64,000 nucleotides of DNA from Planctomycetota bacterium (GTDB taxonomy: Bacteria; Planctomycetota; Brocadiia; CAIUPP01): contig JAKJEM010000008.1 in assembly GCA_022705425.1 (NCBI GenBank), positions 24,980 through 88,979 of the forward strand, in the 5' to 3' direction. The notes beneath the pieces are model-generated. The model had not been told where the DNA came from, made no database searches, and was given only the letters and a program-made list of their open reading frames with translations. The number at the start of each line of letters is the position of its first letter. The first letter of the stretch is position 1. The translations under genes and the position numbers were made by a program. Shown here piece by piece: positions 8,742 through 18,170 of this stretch.

Positions 8742-9746
8742 TCAAACTGCGCCGCGCTGCTGGATGAGGAAGGCGGCGGCGCTTTCCGGGGAGACGGGGT
8801 TGATGTAGATGCCGGTACCCCACTCGAACCCGGCCGCGCGCGTCACCGACGGGATGATCTCGAGGTGCCAGTGATAGTGGGCGTCCACCTTCTTGCGGAA
8901 GGGGGCGGTGTGAACGAGGTAGTTGTAGGCGGGACGTCCCAGCGCCGTGTCCATGCGCCCGAGGATGGAACACAGGATTCGCGCCAGATCGGCGTCGCTT
9001 TCGGGCGAACGGCGCTCGAAACGGGCTTCGTGGCGGCGCGGCAGAATCCACGTCTCAAAGGGAAAGCGCGCCGCATAGGGCGTGATGGCGACGAAGTGCT
9101 CTGTGGCGGCGGCGATCCGCGCCCCGGCGGCGAGTTCTTCCTCGATCATGGCGCAGAAGAGGCAAAGTCCTCGCTGTCGCTTGAAGCGCCGGGCGTTGTC
9201 AAGTTCCACCTGCACGGCCACGGGCGTCACGGGCAGTCCGATCAACTGCGTATGGGAGTGCTCGATCGTCGCACCGGCGGACACGCCGACGTTCTTGAAA
9301 AGCATCCCGTAGGCGATCCGGCGGTCCTGCCCAAGCACCAGCAGGCGGTCGCGATAAGCCGCAAGGGCGGCCTGCACCTCTTCCGGGGGAATCTCGCAGA
9401 CGGAGAGGACGTGCTTCGGGGTGTCTATGATGACCTCGTGGACGCCGAAGCCGTTCATCTGCCGGCACAGGCCGGCGCCCGAGGTGAGCAGGCCGGCCTC
9501 CGGCTGAAGCGCGGGAAAACGGTTGGGGACCACGCGCACCTGCCAGCCGGGACGGTTCGGCGCGGAACCCGGCTGCCGCAGGGCCATGACTTCGACGGGA
9601 GTCTTGTCTTCGTGTCCCTCGCAGAAGGGGCAGAACCCGCCGGCCATCCTGCGGCGCTCGACGGGAAAGTCGTTCGGGCGTGCGGCACGTTCGGGAGCGA
9701 TGATGACCCAGCGCCCGGTGACGACGTCTTGACGGAACTCGGACAT
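8742..9746 (-). CDS. galT: galactose-1-phosphate uridylyltransferase family protein (HIT-like nucleotidyltransferase; could act on ADP-glucose)
   Basis: CPFC zinc motif and an HSHTQ active-site His-x-His-x-Gln block. Start taken at the internal ATG (MSEFRQDVVTGRW...), which has an AGGAAGG RBS, rather than the track ORF start at 9791. Confidence 0.75.
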   Translation of the reverse strand: MSEFRQDVVTGRWVIIAPERAARPNDFPVERRRMAGGFCPFCEGHEDKTPVEVMALRQPGSAPNRPGWQVRVVPNRFPALQPEAGLLTSGAGLCRQMNGFGVHEVIIDTPKHVLSVCEIPPEEVQAALAAYRDRLLVLGQDRRIAYGMLFKNVGVSAGATIEHSHTQLIGLPVTPVAVQVELDNARRFKRQRGLCLFCAMIEEELAAGARIAAATEHFVAITPYAARFPFETWILPRRHEARFERRSPESDADLARILCSILGRMDTALGRPAYNYLVHTAPFRKKVDAHYHWHLEIIPSVTRAAGFEWGTGIYINPVSPESAAAFLIQQRGAV

Positions 9747-9815
9747 GACACCTTCCTGTGATGAGGCGCCGCAGAGCGACGCAGAATCCACCGACGCGCG
9801 GCGTCGCGCGTGACG

Positions 9816-10826
9816 TTATTTTAGCGACTGGTCTTCAGGTTTCAATCCCGCCCGGTGGGGCAGTTGCCGCAACGTGACGGTCGAGGGATGGAAGAGACGA
9901 GTGACGCCTTCGTCAAGGCGAACGATCAGGCCGTCCTCCATCGAAAGATCGAGCACGCGACCGCGAAACTCGCGCCCGTTTTCCACCAGGACCACGCGCT
10001 CGCCGAGGGTCGAGGAGAGGCGACGCCAGCACCGGGCGATGCGTCCGTAGTCCCCGAAACGCAGGTCGCGATACCAGCGGTCCAGAGAAGCCAGGAGCCA
10101 GCGGGCAGCCTCGATGCGAGGGACGGGCGCGCCCGTCTCGATCATCAGGGAGGTGGCGATGCCGCGCAACTCGGGAGGGTAGTCCTCCGGGCGCATGTTC
10201 ACATTCATCCCGACGCCCAGCACGAACGCTGCGCCGGTGGCCAGGGTGCGTCCTTCCACAAGGATGCCGCTGACCTTGCGTTCCTTGATGGTGATGTCAT
10301 TGGGCCAGCGGATGCGCGCCAGGAGGGGCAGGTTTTCCCGCAGGGCCTGGGCGACGGCTACGGAGGAGGTCACGGTCAAGTAGTTCGCCTGGCCCGCCTC
10401 CAGGGCCGGGCGCAGGATCACGGAAAGGAGCAGGTTGCGTCTCGATGGGGAGTGCCAGCGCCGTCCCATGCGGCCGCGCCCGGCGGTCTGCTCTTCCGCA
10501 AAGACAACGGTACCCTCCGGCGCGCCCGTCAGAGCCTCGGCCCAGGCGACGTCGTTGGTCGAGTTCGTCTGTTCGAGAACGACCACGCGCCGCCCGATCA
10601 CGTCCACCGAAAGGGCGCGGGTGATCTCGTAGGGGATGAGCCGTTCGCCGACGCCGGCAAAGCGCAGTCCGTCGGGGCGCTCTTCGATCTCGTAGCCGTC
10701 CGCGCGCAGGGCGGCCACGGCGCCCAGGACTTCGGCGGGCGAGGCCTCGAGTTCGCGCTGGAGCGTGCCCGTATCGGTCCACTCCGGCGCGCGCGCGCGA
10801 AGCCCTTCAAGCACCGACAACTTCAC
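9816..10826 (-). CDS. birA: biotin--[acetyl-CoA-carboxylase] ligase with N-terminal winged-helix domain
   Basis: Contains the GRGRMGRRW biotin-binding motif, a BPL_LplA_LipB catalytic-core pattern and a C-terminal SH3-like domain. Confidence 0.85.
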   Translation of the reverse strand: MKLSVLEGLRARAPEWTDTGTLQRELEASPAEVLGAVAALRADGYEIEERPDGLRFAGVGERLIPYEITRALSVDVIGRRVVVLEQTNSTNDVAWAEALTGAPEGTVVFAEEQTAGRGRMGRRWHSPSRRNLLLSVILRPALEAGQANYLTVTSSVAVAQALRENLPLLARIRWPNDITIKERKVSGILVEGRTLATGAAFVLGVGMNVNMRPEDYPPELRGIATSLMIETGAPVPRIEAARWLLASLDRWYRDLRFGDYGRIARCWRRLSSTLGERVVLVENGREFRGRVLDLSMEDGLIVRLDEGVTRLFHPSTVTLRQLPHRAGLKPEDQSLK

Positions 10827-10859
10827 GGGATACTCTCCCTGCTGGCAATGAAGCGAACG

Positions 10860-11777
10860 CTACAACGGGTGGGAAGCGTCGTAGTTATCCATCTGCTTCA
10901 ACTGGCTTTCGAGGGACTTGGCGTTGTAGAGTCCCTTCTCAAGGGCCTCGCGGACGATGGCGCGGAGCGCGGGGCGAAGCTTGTATCCCGGCGGTTCAGG
11001 GGGATAGGCGTAGTAGCGGGTGTAAATCTGGGTGATCTCGCTGAAGAAGCGCGCCTGGAGGGTGGCGTCCTCGCGCTTGAGCGCATCGAGCCCCTGCCGC
11101 AGGACGGCCACGGCTTTCGGGAACTCCCCTTCAACCACGAGGTGGTGGGCCAGCTCCGCGACATGAGTCAACTGCCCCGGCTCCTGCCGGATCTGCTCGC
11201 GGTAGAAGGCTTCGACCTTGCTATCGAGGACGCGCTCGACGCGCAGCGGCATTCCCGGCGTCAGGATGATATCCTCCGCGTGCGGAAAGCAGGCCGCATG
11301 GGCCAGGCGCAAAGAGCGCGGGCCGGGCTGCAACGCCCGCAGGGAGAGGGGCGTGGCGCCGACGCGCGCGCCGTCAAGATAGACCTCCGCTCCGGCAGGG
11401 CGCGTGACGACAACCAGTTCCGCTTCGGCGGCTGTCCGCAACGCGACGGTCATCCGGTAACGCGGCGGCGCCAGACGCCGGAAGACCCGTCGCAGGCCTT
11501 GCGGCGCAGGCAGGGCGTCGGCATCCACGACGGCGTCGGTGTCGGCGCAGTCCTTCCGCACGAGCCGCAGGGCGCGGCGTTCGTCGGGACGAAGCGTCAA
11601 CGTCACCGGTGCGACGCCCAAACCCTCCCCGTCGGAGAAGACCGTGGCCGCCGGCGGCAGCGAATCCACGGTAACGATCACCTGGGGCGCCCCGGACAGG
11701 AGAAGCACTGCCGCCGTGCCTGCGGTGCAAAGGACTGCCGTGGCGACACACACACCGAGGAAACGCCCGTTCCACAT
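10860..11777 (-). CDS. secreted PEGA-domain protein (signal peptide plus PEGA-like repeats), function unknown
   Basis: N-terminal hydrophobic signal sequence and repeated AEVYLDGARVGATPL-type PEGA motifs. An AGGGAG RBS is present. Confidence 0.55.
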   Translation of the reverse strand: MWNGRFLGVCVATAVLCTAGTAAVLLLSGAPQVIVTVDSLPPAATVFSDGEGLGVAPVTLTLRPDERRALRLVRKDCADTDAVVDADALPAPQGLRRVFRRLAPPRYRMTVALRTAAEAELVVVTRPAGAEVYLDGARVGATPLSLRALQPGPRSLRLAHAACFPHAEDIILTPGMPLRVERVLDSKVEAFYREQIRQEPGQLTHVAELAHHLVVEGEFPKAVAVLRQGLDALKREDATLQARFFSEITQIYTRYYAYPPEPPGYKLRPALRAIVREALEKGLYNAKSLESQLKQMDNYDASHPL

Positions 11778-11912
11778 CCCTGCAACTCCCTCTGCGAACC
11801 CTGTCTGCGACGACGGTACTGTAGCATACCGGGCGTGAATGGGAAAAGTGTTGCCGCGGACGGGACTCGCCGCGTCTGGAATATGGGTCGGCGGTCTGCG
11901 TCTCCTGAAGAT

Positions 11913-11941
11913 TTGACAGCGCCTCGAGAGCGGGATACCCT
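11913..11941 (+). promoter_or_regulatory. candidate sigma70-like promoter (TTGACA - 17 nt - TACCCT) for the Wzy_C/TPR gene
   Basis: Read from the sequence in the 200-bp divergent intergenic region between 11778 and 11980. Confidence 0.35.
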
Positions 11942-11980
11942 CTGTCCTGTGGAGCGGACGCAGCCAGTGGGAGTGGACGA

Positions 11981-13942
11981 ATGAGCGGCAGTGAGCGACG
12001 GAGCCTGACGGCGGCGATCATCGCGGCGGCGGTGTTGCTGGCCGTGAGCTGCGGTCAGTGGCCGACGCTGCTCCGCCCGAGCTACATCGGGGCGGTCGTC
12101 CTGCAGTGCGGGGTCCTGGCGCTCCTTCTGGCGGCCGCCCTTCCCTTGCGCGCCGGGAACGCCTTTGGGCGAATGAAGGGCGGGGCCTCCCTTGCCCTGG
12201 CCGGCTATGCGCTCTTTCTTATCGCCGGAAGCCAATGGGCCGACTGGCCGGTTCTTTCTCTGGCCGGTGCGGTGACGGCCGTGGCCGGGCCGTTGTGGGC
12301 CGTTCTGTTGGGGGGAGTCCTCTGCCGTCCCGCCGACGCGCGCCTTGTTCTTCGGGCGGTCTTCTTCGCCGGGGCTCTGGCGGCCGCGACGGGGCTCTTC
12401 TGGACCCTGCAGACGTCGGGCGCCGAGGCGATCCAGATGGTCATGGGCCACCGCAACTTCCTGGCCATCTTCGTGCTGCCGGGTTTGTTGCTGGGGGGCG
12501 CAGAACTGGCGGCGCGTGTTACGGGGCGTTCAGCAGAAGTCCTGGCGCTGAATCGCTGGGCGGTGGGGGGCGGCATGGTCCTGATGCTGGCCGCTCTGGG
12601 GCTGTGCCGATCAGCGGGAGCCTTCCTGAGCTTGTGCCTTGGAGCGTCATGCATTGCCGCTTTCTGGATGACCCGGCGCCAGCGATGGGCATTGGCGGCC
12701 TGCGCGGCGGCGTTGCTGATTGCCGCCTTCCTCTGGACAGCCCGCGCGGCGCACACCGGCGAGTTGATGAAGTCACACCACGCCACGCGCTGGTACATGT
12801 GGCAGGGCACGTTGAAGATGATCGCCGAGCGTCCGTGGGGGGGATGGGGAACGGGGATGTTCGCGCTCCAGTTTCCGCCCTTCAAGCCCACGGAACCGAT
12901 GCGCTTCAACTGGTTGACCTCGCTGACGATCTATCCGCACAACGAACTGCTGCTCGTAACGGTGGAAGGGGGGGTGGCGGCTTTGGCGCTCTACCTCCTG
13001 GCGCATGTCCTGGCTGTGCGGAAACGCCTGACGGGGACGAAGGAAGGCGCGCCGGTCGCCTTGGCGGACTGGGCGCTCACCGGCGCCCTGGCGGCGATGT
13101 TCATGCACGGGCTGGTCGAGGTCGCGCTGCGGTTCTGGGCGCCGGCGGCGATGTATTGGACCCTCCTGGGTCTGCTGATCTACCGGTCGGGCACGGAGGA
13201 ATCGCCCGCTCCCGCGCCGACGCAGTGCCGTGCGTCACCCCTGGCATGGGTTGTATTTGCAGCGGCGTGCGCCCTCTCCGCAATTGCCCTTTGGTGTGTC
13301 GTGTGGCCGGGGCTTCGCTCCGAGCGTCTCCTGAATACGAGTGACAGCCGCGCCGCCGACGCTACGGAACTGGCGGGGGAGATCGCGGAGGCCCTTCGAC
13401 TGACGCGATACACCCCGGATTGGCTGGTGGGGATGGGCCGCCTGGCCGACGCGCAGGCGCAGGCCGGCGACCTGGACGGAATGATTCGCACCTACGAGGA
13501 GTTTCATGCCCGCGCGCCGGGGTTCGGCCATGTGCGACGCTTCCTGGCGAATGCATACTTGGCCCGCGCCGCTCGCCGGGGACCGACGGCGCCCGAGGCC
13601 GGAAAGGCCGATCTGGCGCGCGCGGTGGCACTCCTTGAGGATGCTGTGGCGGCAAACCCCTACGACCCGGCAGCGAGACAGTCCCTGGCAATGGCCCTGC
13701 TGACGGCCTCCTTGCGGAACCTCCCGGCGGCCCTGGAACACGCGCGAGCGTCCGCCCAGGCCGCACCCGAAAGCGCCGAGGCGCGTTACCTCCACGGCGC
13801 GCTGTTGCTGGAAAGCGGGCGGAAGGCGGAGGCCGCGCGCGAGTTGGAAGCCGCAGCGCGCCTCTGTCCGCCAGGGGAAGAGCGCTTCCGCGAGAAGATT
13901 GAACGCGCGCGCCGCGATGCCGTACAAGACTCAGCGAAGTAA
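11981..13942 (+). CDS. O-antigen ligase-like (Wzy_C) polytopic membrane protein fused to a C-terminal TPR-repeat domain
   Basis: Ten or more predicted TM helices with an O-antigen-ligase-like loop (IYPHNELLLVTVEGGVAALALYLLAHV). The C-terminal roughly 200 aa form TPR-like helical repeats. Confidence 0.65.
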   Translation: MSGSERRSLTAAIIAAAVLLAVSCGQWPTLLRPSYIGAVVLQCGVLALLLAAALPLRAGNAFGRMKGGASLALAGYALFLIAGSQWADWPVLSLAGAVTAVAGPLWAVLLGGVLCRPADARLVLRAVFFAGALAAATGLFWTLQTSGAEAIQMVMGHRNFLAIFVLPGLLLGGAELAARVTGRSAEVLALNRWAVGGGMVLMLAALGLCRSAGAFLSLCLGASCIAAFWMTRRQRWALAACAAALLIAAFLWTARAAHTGELMKSHHATRWYMWQGTLKMIAERPWGGWGTGMFALQFPPFKPTEPMRFNWLTSLTIYPHNELLLVTVEGGVAALALYLLAHVLAVRKRLTGTKEGAPVALADWALTGALAAMFMHGLVEVALRFWAPAAMYWTLLGLLIYRSGTEESPAPAPTQCRASPLAWVVFAAACALSAIALWCVVWPGLRSERLLNTSDSRAADATELAGEIAEALRLTRYTPDWLVGMGRLADAQAQAGDLDGMIRTYEEFHARAPGFGHVRRFLANAYLARAARRGPTAPEAGKADLARAVALLEDAVAANPYDPAARQSLAMALLTASLRNLPAALEHARASAQAAPESAEARYLHGALLLESGRKAEAARELEAAARLCPPGEERFREKIERARRDAVQDSAK

Positions 13943-13969
13943 CGCCGGATGTGTTTGAGGAGAGCCGCG

Positions 13970-15610
13970 ATGGAGCACTACAGTGACCGCCGATACTTGG
14001 TCTCGTTCGATTCAGCAATGGTGCCGCAGATCTTTGCAGACGTGCTGGTCATTGGCTCCGGAGTGGCCGGGCTGCGCGCCGCTCTGACCGCCGCCGAAGG
14101 TGGCGAGGTGCTGCTTGTCGCCAAGGGGCAGTTGGAGGAGAGCAATACGTCCAAAGCTCAGGGCGGCGTGGCGGCCGCGTTGGACAAGGAGGACTCCTCC
14201 GCGCTGCACATGCAGGACACGCTGGACGCCGGGCAAGGCATTTGTGATCCGGAGATCGTGCGCGCCATTACGGCGGAGGCCCCCGAACGGATTGAGGAAC
14301 TCGCCCGTTGGGGCGCCAACTTCGATCGCGAGGACGGGCGGATCGCCCTGACGCGCGAGGGGGGGCACAGCATGGCGCGCATCGTCCACGCCCTCGGCGA
14401 CGCGACGGGAAAGGAAGTGGCCGACACCCTGATCCGCCGCGTGCGGGAGACGGAAGGCATCAAGATCATGGACGGCACCTTCGTGCTGGACCTGTTGACC
14501 ATGCCGGAGGAAGGGTGCGTGGGCGCGCTGTTGCACGATCGTTCGCGCGGGCCGATGATCGTTTGGGCGAAAGCCACGGTGCTGGCCTGCGGCGGAGCGG
14601 GACGCATCTTCCGCGAGACGACGAACGCGCCCATCGCCACCGGCGACGGCATTGCCATGGCCTACCGCGCCGGGGCGACGCTGACCGACCTCGAGTTCTA
14701 CCAGTTCCACCCGACGGCGCTCTACGTGGCCGGGGCCTCGCGCGCCCTCATCAGCGAGGCCGTGCGCGGCGAAGGGGGCATCCTGCGCAACGCGCGCGGC
14801 GAGCGCTTCATGCCCAAGTACCACGAACTTGCGGAACTCGCCCCGCGCGACGCCGTCAGTCGCGCCATCGTCACCGAAATCCGGGAGACCGGACACACCT
14901 GCGCCTACGTGGACATGCGCCACATCGCCGCCGAACGGCTCGTTCGCCGCTTTCCCGGCATTCGCGACCTCTGCGCGCAGTTCGACATTGACATCACCCG
15001 CGAGCAGGTGCCCATCCGACCGGCGGCACATTACATGATCGGCGGCGTACAGGTGGGCTTCGACGGGCGCACAAGCGTGCCGCGCCTCTTCGCCTGCGGC
15101 GAGGCAGCCTGCACCGGATTGCACGGCGCCAACCGCCTGGGCAGCAACTCCCTGCTTGAAGGGCTTGTGATCGGCCACCACGCCGGTGATGCCGCGCGGC
15201 GCACGGCGGAAAGCGAATCGCGCGAAGCCCCGCACACCCGCTTCAAGGTGCGTCTCACCGCCGCCCGCACCGACGCGATTGACGTGGCAGATGTCACGGA
15301 CTCCTTGCGCGCCCTCTGCTGGCGGAGCCTGGGAATCGAACGCACGCGCTTCGGCCTCGACGAGGTCGCGCACATGCTCGTCTTTTGGGGACGCTACGTC
15401 ATGGCCAAGGAGTTCCGCGACCGCGCGGGCTGGGAGCTCCAGAACATGCTCCAGGTCGCGAGCCTGCTCACCGAAGTCGCCATGATGCGCGAGGAAAGCC
15501 GCGGCGTTCATTTCCGCACCGATTTCCCGAAGACCAACGACGCGCTCTGGAAGACGCACCTTGACGTCAGCCGGGAACTCGGTGTGCAGCAGCGGAGGGT
15601 GGAGGGATGA
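13970..15610 (+). CDS. nadB: L-aspartate oxidase
   Basis: FAD-binding GSGVAGL motif and a succinate dehydrogenase/fumarate reductase flavoprotein-like fold (RSHTVAAxGG-equivalent blocks). Start set at MEHYSDRRYL with a GAGGAG RBS 7 nt upstream. Confidence 0.88.
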   Translation: MEHYSDRRYLVSFDSAMVPQIFADVLVIGSGVAGLRAALTAAEGGEVLLVAKGQLEESNTSKAQGGVAAALDKEDSSALHMQDTLDAGQGICDPEIVRAITAEAPERIEELARWGANFDREDGRIALTREGGHSMARIVHALGDATGKEVADTLIRRVRETEGIKIMDGTFVLDLLTMPEEGCVGALLHDRSRGPMIVWAKATVLACGGAGRIFRETTNAPIATGDGIAMAYRAGATLTDLEFYQFHPTALYVAGASRALISEAVRGEGGILRNARGERFMPKYHELAELAPRDAVSRAIVTEIRETGHTCAYVDMRHIAAERLVRRFPGIRDLCAQFDIDITREQVPIRPAAHYMIGGVQVGFDGRTSVPRLFACGEAACTGLHGANRLGSNSLLEGLVIGHHAGDAARRTAESESREAPHTRFKVRLTAARTDAIDVADVTDSLRALCWRSLGIERTRFGLDEVAHMLVFWGRYVMAKEFRDRAGWELQNMLQVASLLTEVAMMREESRGVHFRTDFPKTNDALWKTHLDVSRELGVQQRRVEG

Positions 15611-16620
15611 CGCCGCTCTCCTCCTCGGAGGGCGCCGGCGACCGCACAGGCGCGCGGCTGCTCTATCGCGAACCACCGATTCCCCCGGGAGAGGCCGGCG
15701 AGATTTCGCGTGCGGTCTATGACGAGCTTCGCGAGGAGTTCCTTCCCGACATTCTGACCGGAAGGCACGGGGCCGATGCGCTATTCACCGTAGGGACGGC
15801 CCTTGTCGAGGGGGCGCTCGCCGCCTGTTGCTGGATGGGGGTGGGGCGGAAACGCCCCGAACTCGGCGTGCTGGCCGGGGTCGTGACGTTGCCGCGCTAC
15901 CGCGGGCGGGGGCTGGCCACGCGCATGGTGGGGGACTTGTGCGATCTCTTCGATCATCGCGGCGGCAGAACGCTCTTCCTGGGCGTCTCAAACCCCGTGG
16001 CCAGACGCATATACGAGAAGTTGGGCTTCCGGCGCCTCACCGGGCGGATTCTGGCGCGCGGCGACTCTTGCGCTGTGCCCCCGCCGGAGTCCCCCGCGAA
16101 CCCTTGCCGGTCGCGTCGGGCGACGCCGGGGGACATCGCCGCCGTCGTTCCCCTGTACCTGGACCTGCACCCGGCGGTGTTGCTCGATGCGCGGATCGGA
16201 CTGCCCTCCTCGCGCATCGTGGAGGCCTGGCGGTGCGTCCGCATCTTCTGGGATTCCTGGAACAGCACACAGGAAGGTGGCCGCTGGCATCTACTGGAAT
16301 GCGCTTCGGGGCTGGTCGGCAGCGCTCTGGCGCGTCCTGCGGCAGGGGGGTACGAGGTGGATTTCCTCTGGCGGACGTCCCATGCGCAGGCGGGAACCCA
16401 ATTCACCGCCGAGTTCCTCGACGGGCTCAACGCTCCTTGCGACATGCGCATCGCGCAAACCGACGCGTGGAAACTCACCGAAGCCCTCCGCCTCGGCTTC
16501 CGTCCCCTGCCTGGCGCAGAGGAGGACGCCGTCATCCAAGGCCAGAACTTCAGCCTGCGGCGTTTTCGGCGGGGGGGGCCGGGCTTGACGGCTACTGCGC
16601 CACAGCGGACAGGGCCGTAA
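15607..16620 (+). CDS. GNAT-family N-acetyltransferase
   Basis: Acetyl-CoA binding motif [17 protein letters not shown]...YEKLGF. Its ATG overlaps the nadB stop in an ATGA arrangement, indicating translational coupling. Confidence 0.65.
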   Translation: MTPLSSSEGAGDRTGARLLYREPPIPPGEAGEISRAVYDELREEFLPDILTGRHGADALFTVGTALVEGALAACCWMGVGRKRPELGVLAGVVTLPRYRGRGLATRMVGDLCDLFDHRGGRTLFLGVSNPVARRIYEKLGFRRLTGRILARGDSCAVPPPESPANPCRSRRATPGDIAAVVPLYLDLHPAVLLDARIGLPSSRIVEAWRCVRIFWDSWNSTQEGGRWHLLECASGLVGSALARPAAGGYEVDFLWRTSHAQAGTQFTAEFLDGLNAPCDMRIAQTDAWKLTEALRLGFRPLPGAEEDAVIQGQNFSLRRFRRGGPGLTATAPQRTGP

Positions 16621-18121
16621 AGTCCTCCCGCAACGAACGATAGAGCTTGCCGAAGAGGGGGTAGTTGCGGTTGTAGGTCTTCACCGCGCGCGGGTTGGGA
16701 CGGGTGGAACTGGTTACACGGATGGCGGCGTCGCAGGCCTCCTGAATACTGCGGAAGGCCCCGGCGCCGACCCCCGCCAGGAGCGCCACCCCGAAGGCGG
16801 GGCCCTCGGAGGCGTTGATCGTGACCACGGGACGTCCATACACGTCGGCCTGCATCTGCCGCCAGAAGCGGCTGCGCGCGCCACCGCCGCTGACACGTAT
16901 CTCGGCGATGGGCACCTTCATACCCCGGATGATCTCCAAGGAGTCGCGCATGCCGTAGGTGACGCCCTCCATGAGCGCGCGGATGAGGTGCGCGCGCGTG
17001 TGGCGCGGGGTAAGACCGATCCATGCGCCCTTGGCATGGGGATCGGCGTGCGGAGTGCGCTCGCCGGTGAGGTAGGGAAGGAAGAAGAGCCCCTCGGCAC
17101 CGGCGGGGGCGGCGGCGGCTTCGCGCGTCAGAACGTCATAGGGGTCAACGCCGGTCACGCGCGCCTCGGCGCGTTCCGCTTCCGCCAACTGATTGCGATA
17201 CCACTGGAAGGCCCCGCCCGCCGAAAGCATAACGCCCATGACGTGCCACTTGCCGCGCACGGCGTGGCAAAAGGTGTGCACCCGCCCGAGGGCGTCCGTC
17301 TGGACGCGGTCGGCATAGGCAAAAACGACGCCGCTGGTGCCCAAGGTGGCGCTGATGACGCCGGGGCGGACAATGCCGTTGCCCAGAGCGCCGGCAGCCT
17401 GATCGCCGCCGCCTCCGACGATGGGGGTGCCGGGCGCAAGGCCCATCTCCGCCGCCGCAGCGGCGGACAACGTGGAGGACACTTCGTCGGATTCAAAGCA
17501 CTCCGGCAGCAACACCGGGTCAATTTCCAACGTGGAAAGGAGGGGGCGGCACCATCGGCGCTTCCGCACGTCGAGCAGCAGCGTGCCGCTGGCATCGGAG
17601 ACTTCGGTGGCAAAGACGCCGCTCATGCGATAGCGCACGTAGTCCTTGGGCAGCAGCACCCTGCGCGTCCGTTCGTAGAGGCGCGGCTCGTGGCGGCGCA
17701 CCCAGAGGATCTTGGGGGCGGTGAAGCCGGTGAGGGCAGGATTCGATACCAGCCGAATCAGGCGGCGCGCGCCGACCTTGGCGGTAATCTCGGCGCACTC
17801 CGCTCCCGTGCGCTGGTCGTTCCACAGGATGGCCGGGCGCAGGGGGCGGCCCGACCTGTCGAGCATGACAGCGCCGTGCATCTGCCCGCTGAGCCCTATG
17901 CCGGACACGTCGCGCCCCTTGACCTTTGCACGGACGAGGACCTGGCGCACCGATTCGACCGACGCGCGCCACCAGTCGGCGGGGTTCTGCTCCGACCAGA
18001 GCGGCTTCGGGTGGGAACAAGGGTACTCGACCGTTGCCGTGGCGCGGATGCGCCCGTGATCGTCGCAAAGCAGCGTCTTCGTGCCGGAGGTGCCGATGTC
18101 AATGCCGAGCAGATAACCCAT
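16592..18121 (-). CDS. xylB: FGGY-family carbohydrate kinase, xylulokinase-like
   Basis: [16 protein letters not shown]-terminal ATPase motif and a GGGA glycine-rich loop. Start set at the internal ATG with an AAGGAG RBS. The track ORF extends further 5' with no protein-like sequence. Confidence 0.75.
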   Translation of the reverse strand: MGYLLGIDIGTSGTKTLLCDDHGRIRATATVEYPCSHPKPLWSEQNPADWWRASVESVRQVLVRAKVKGRDVSGIGLSGQMHGAVMLDRSGRPLRPAILWNDQRTGAECAEITAKVGARRLIRLVSNPALTGFTAPKILWVRRHEPRLYERTRRVLLPKDYVRYRMSGVFATEVSDASGTLLLDVRKRRWCRPLLSTLEIDPVLLPECFESDEVSSTLSAAAAAEMGLAPGTPIVGGGGDQAAGALGNGIVRPGVISATLGTSGVVFAYADRVQTDALGRVHTFCHAVRGKWHVMGVMLSAGGAFQWYRNQLAEAERAEARVTGVDPYDVLTREAAAAPAGAEGLFFLPYLTGERTPHADPHAKGAWIGLTPRHTRAHLIRALMEGVTYGMRDSLEIIRGMKVPIAEIRVSGGGARSRFWRQMQADVYGRPVVTINASEGPAFGVALLAGVGAGAFRSIQEACDAAIRVTSSTRPNPRAVKTYNRNYPLFGKLYRSLREDFTALSAVAQ

Positions 18122-18170
18122 CGTCTGTACTCCTTGAAAGGCCGCGCGCCGAAGAGCGGCGCCCGCGCGT

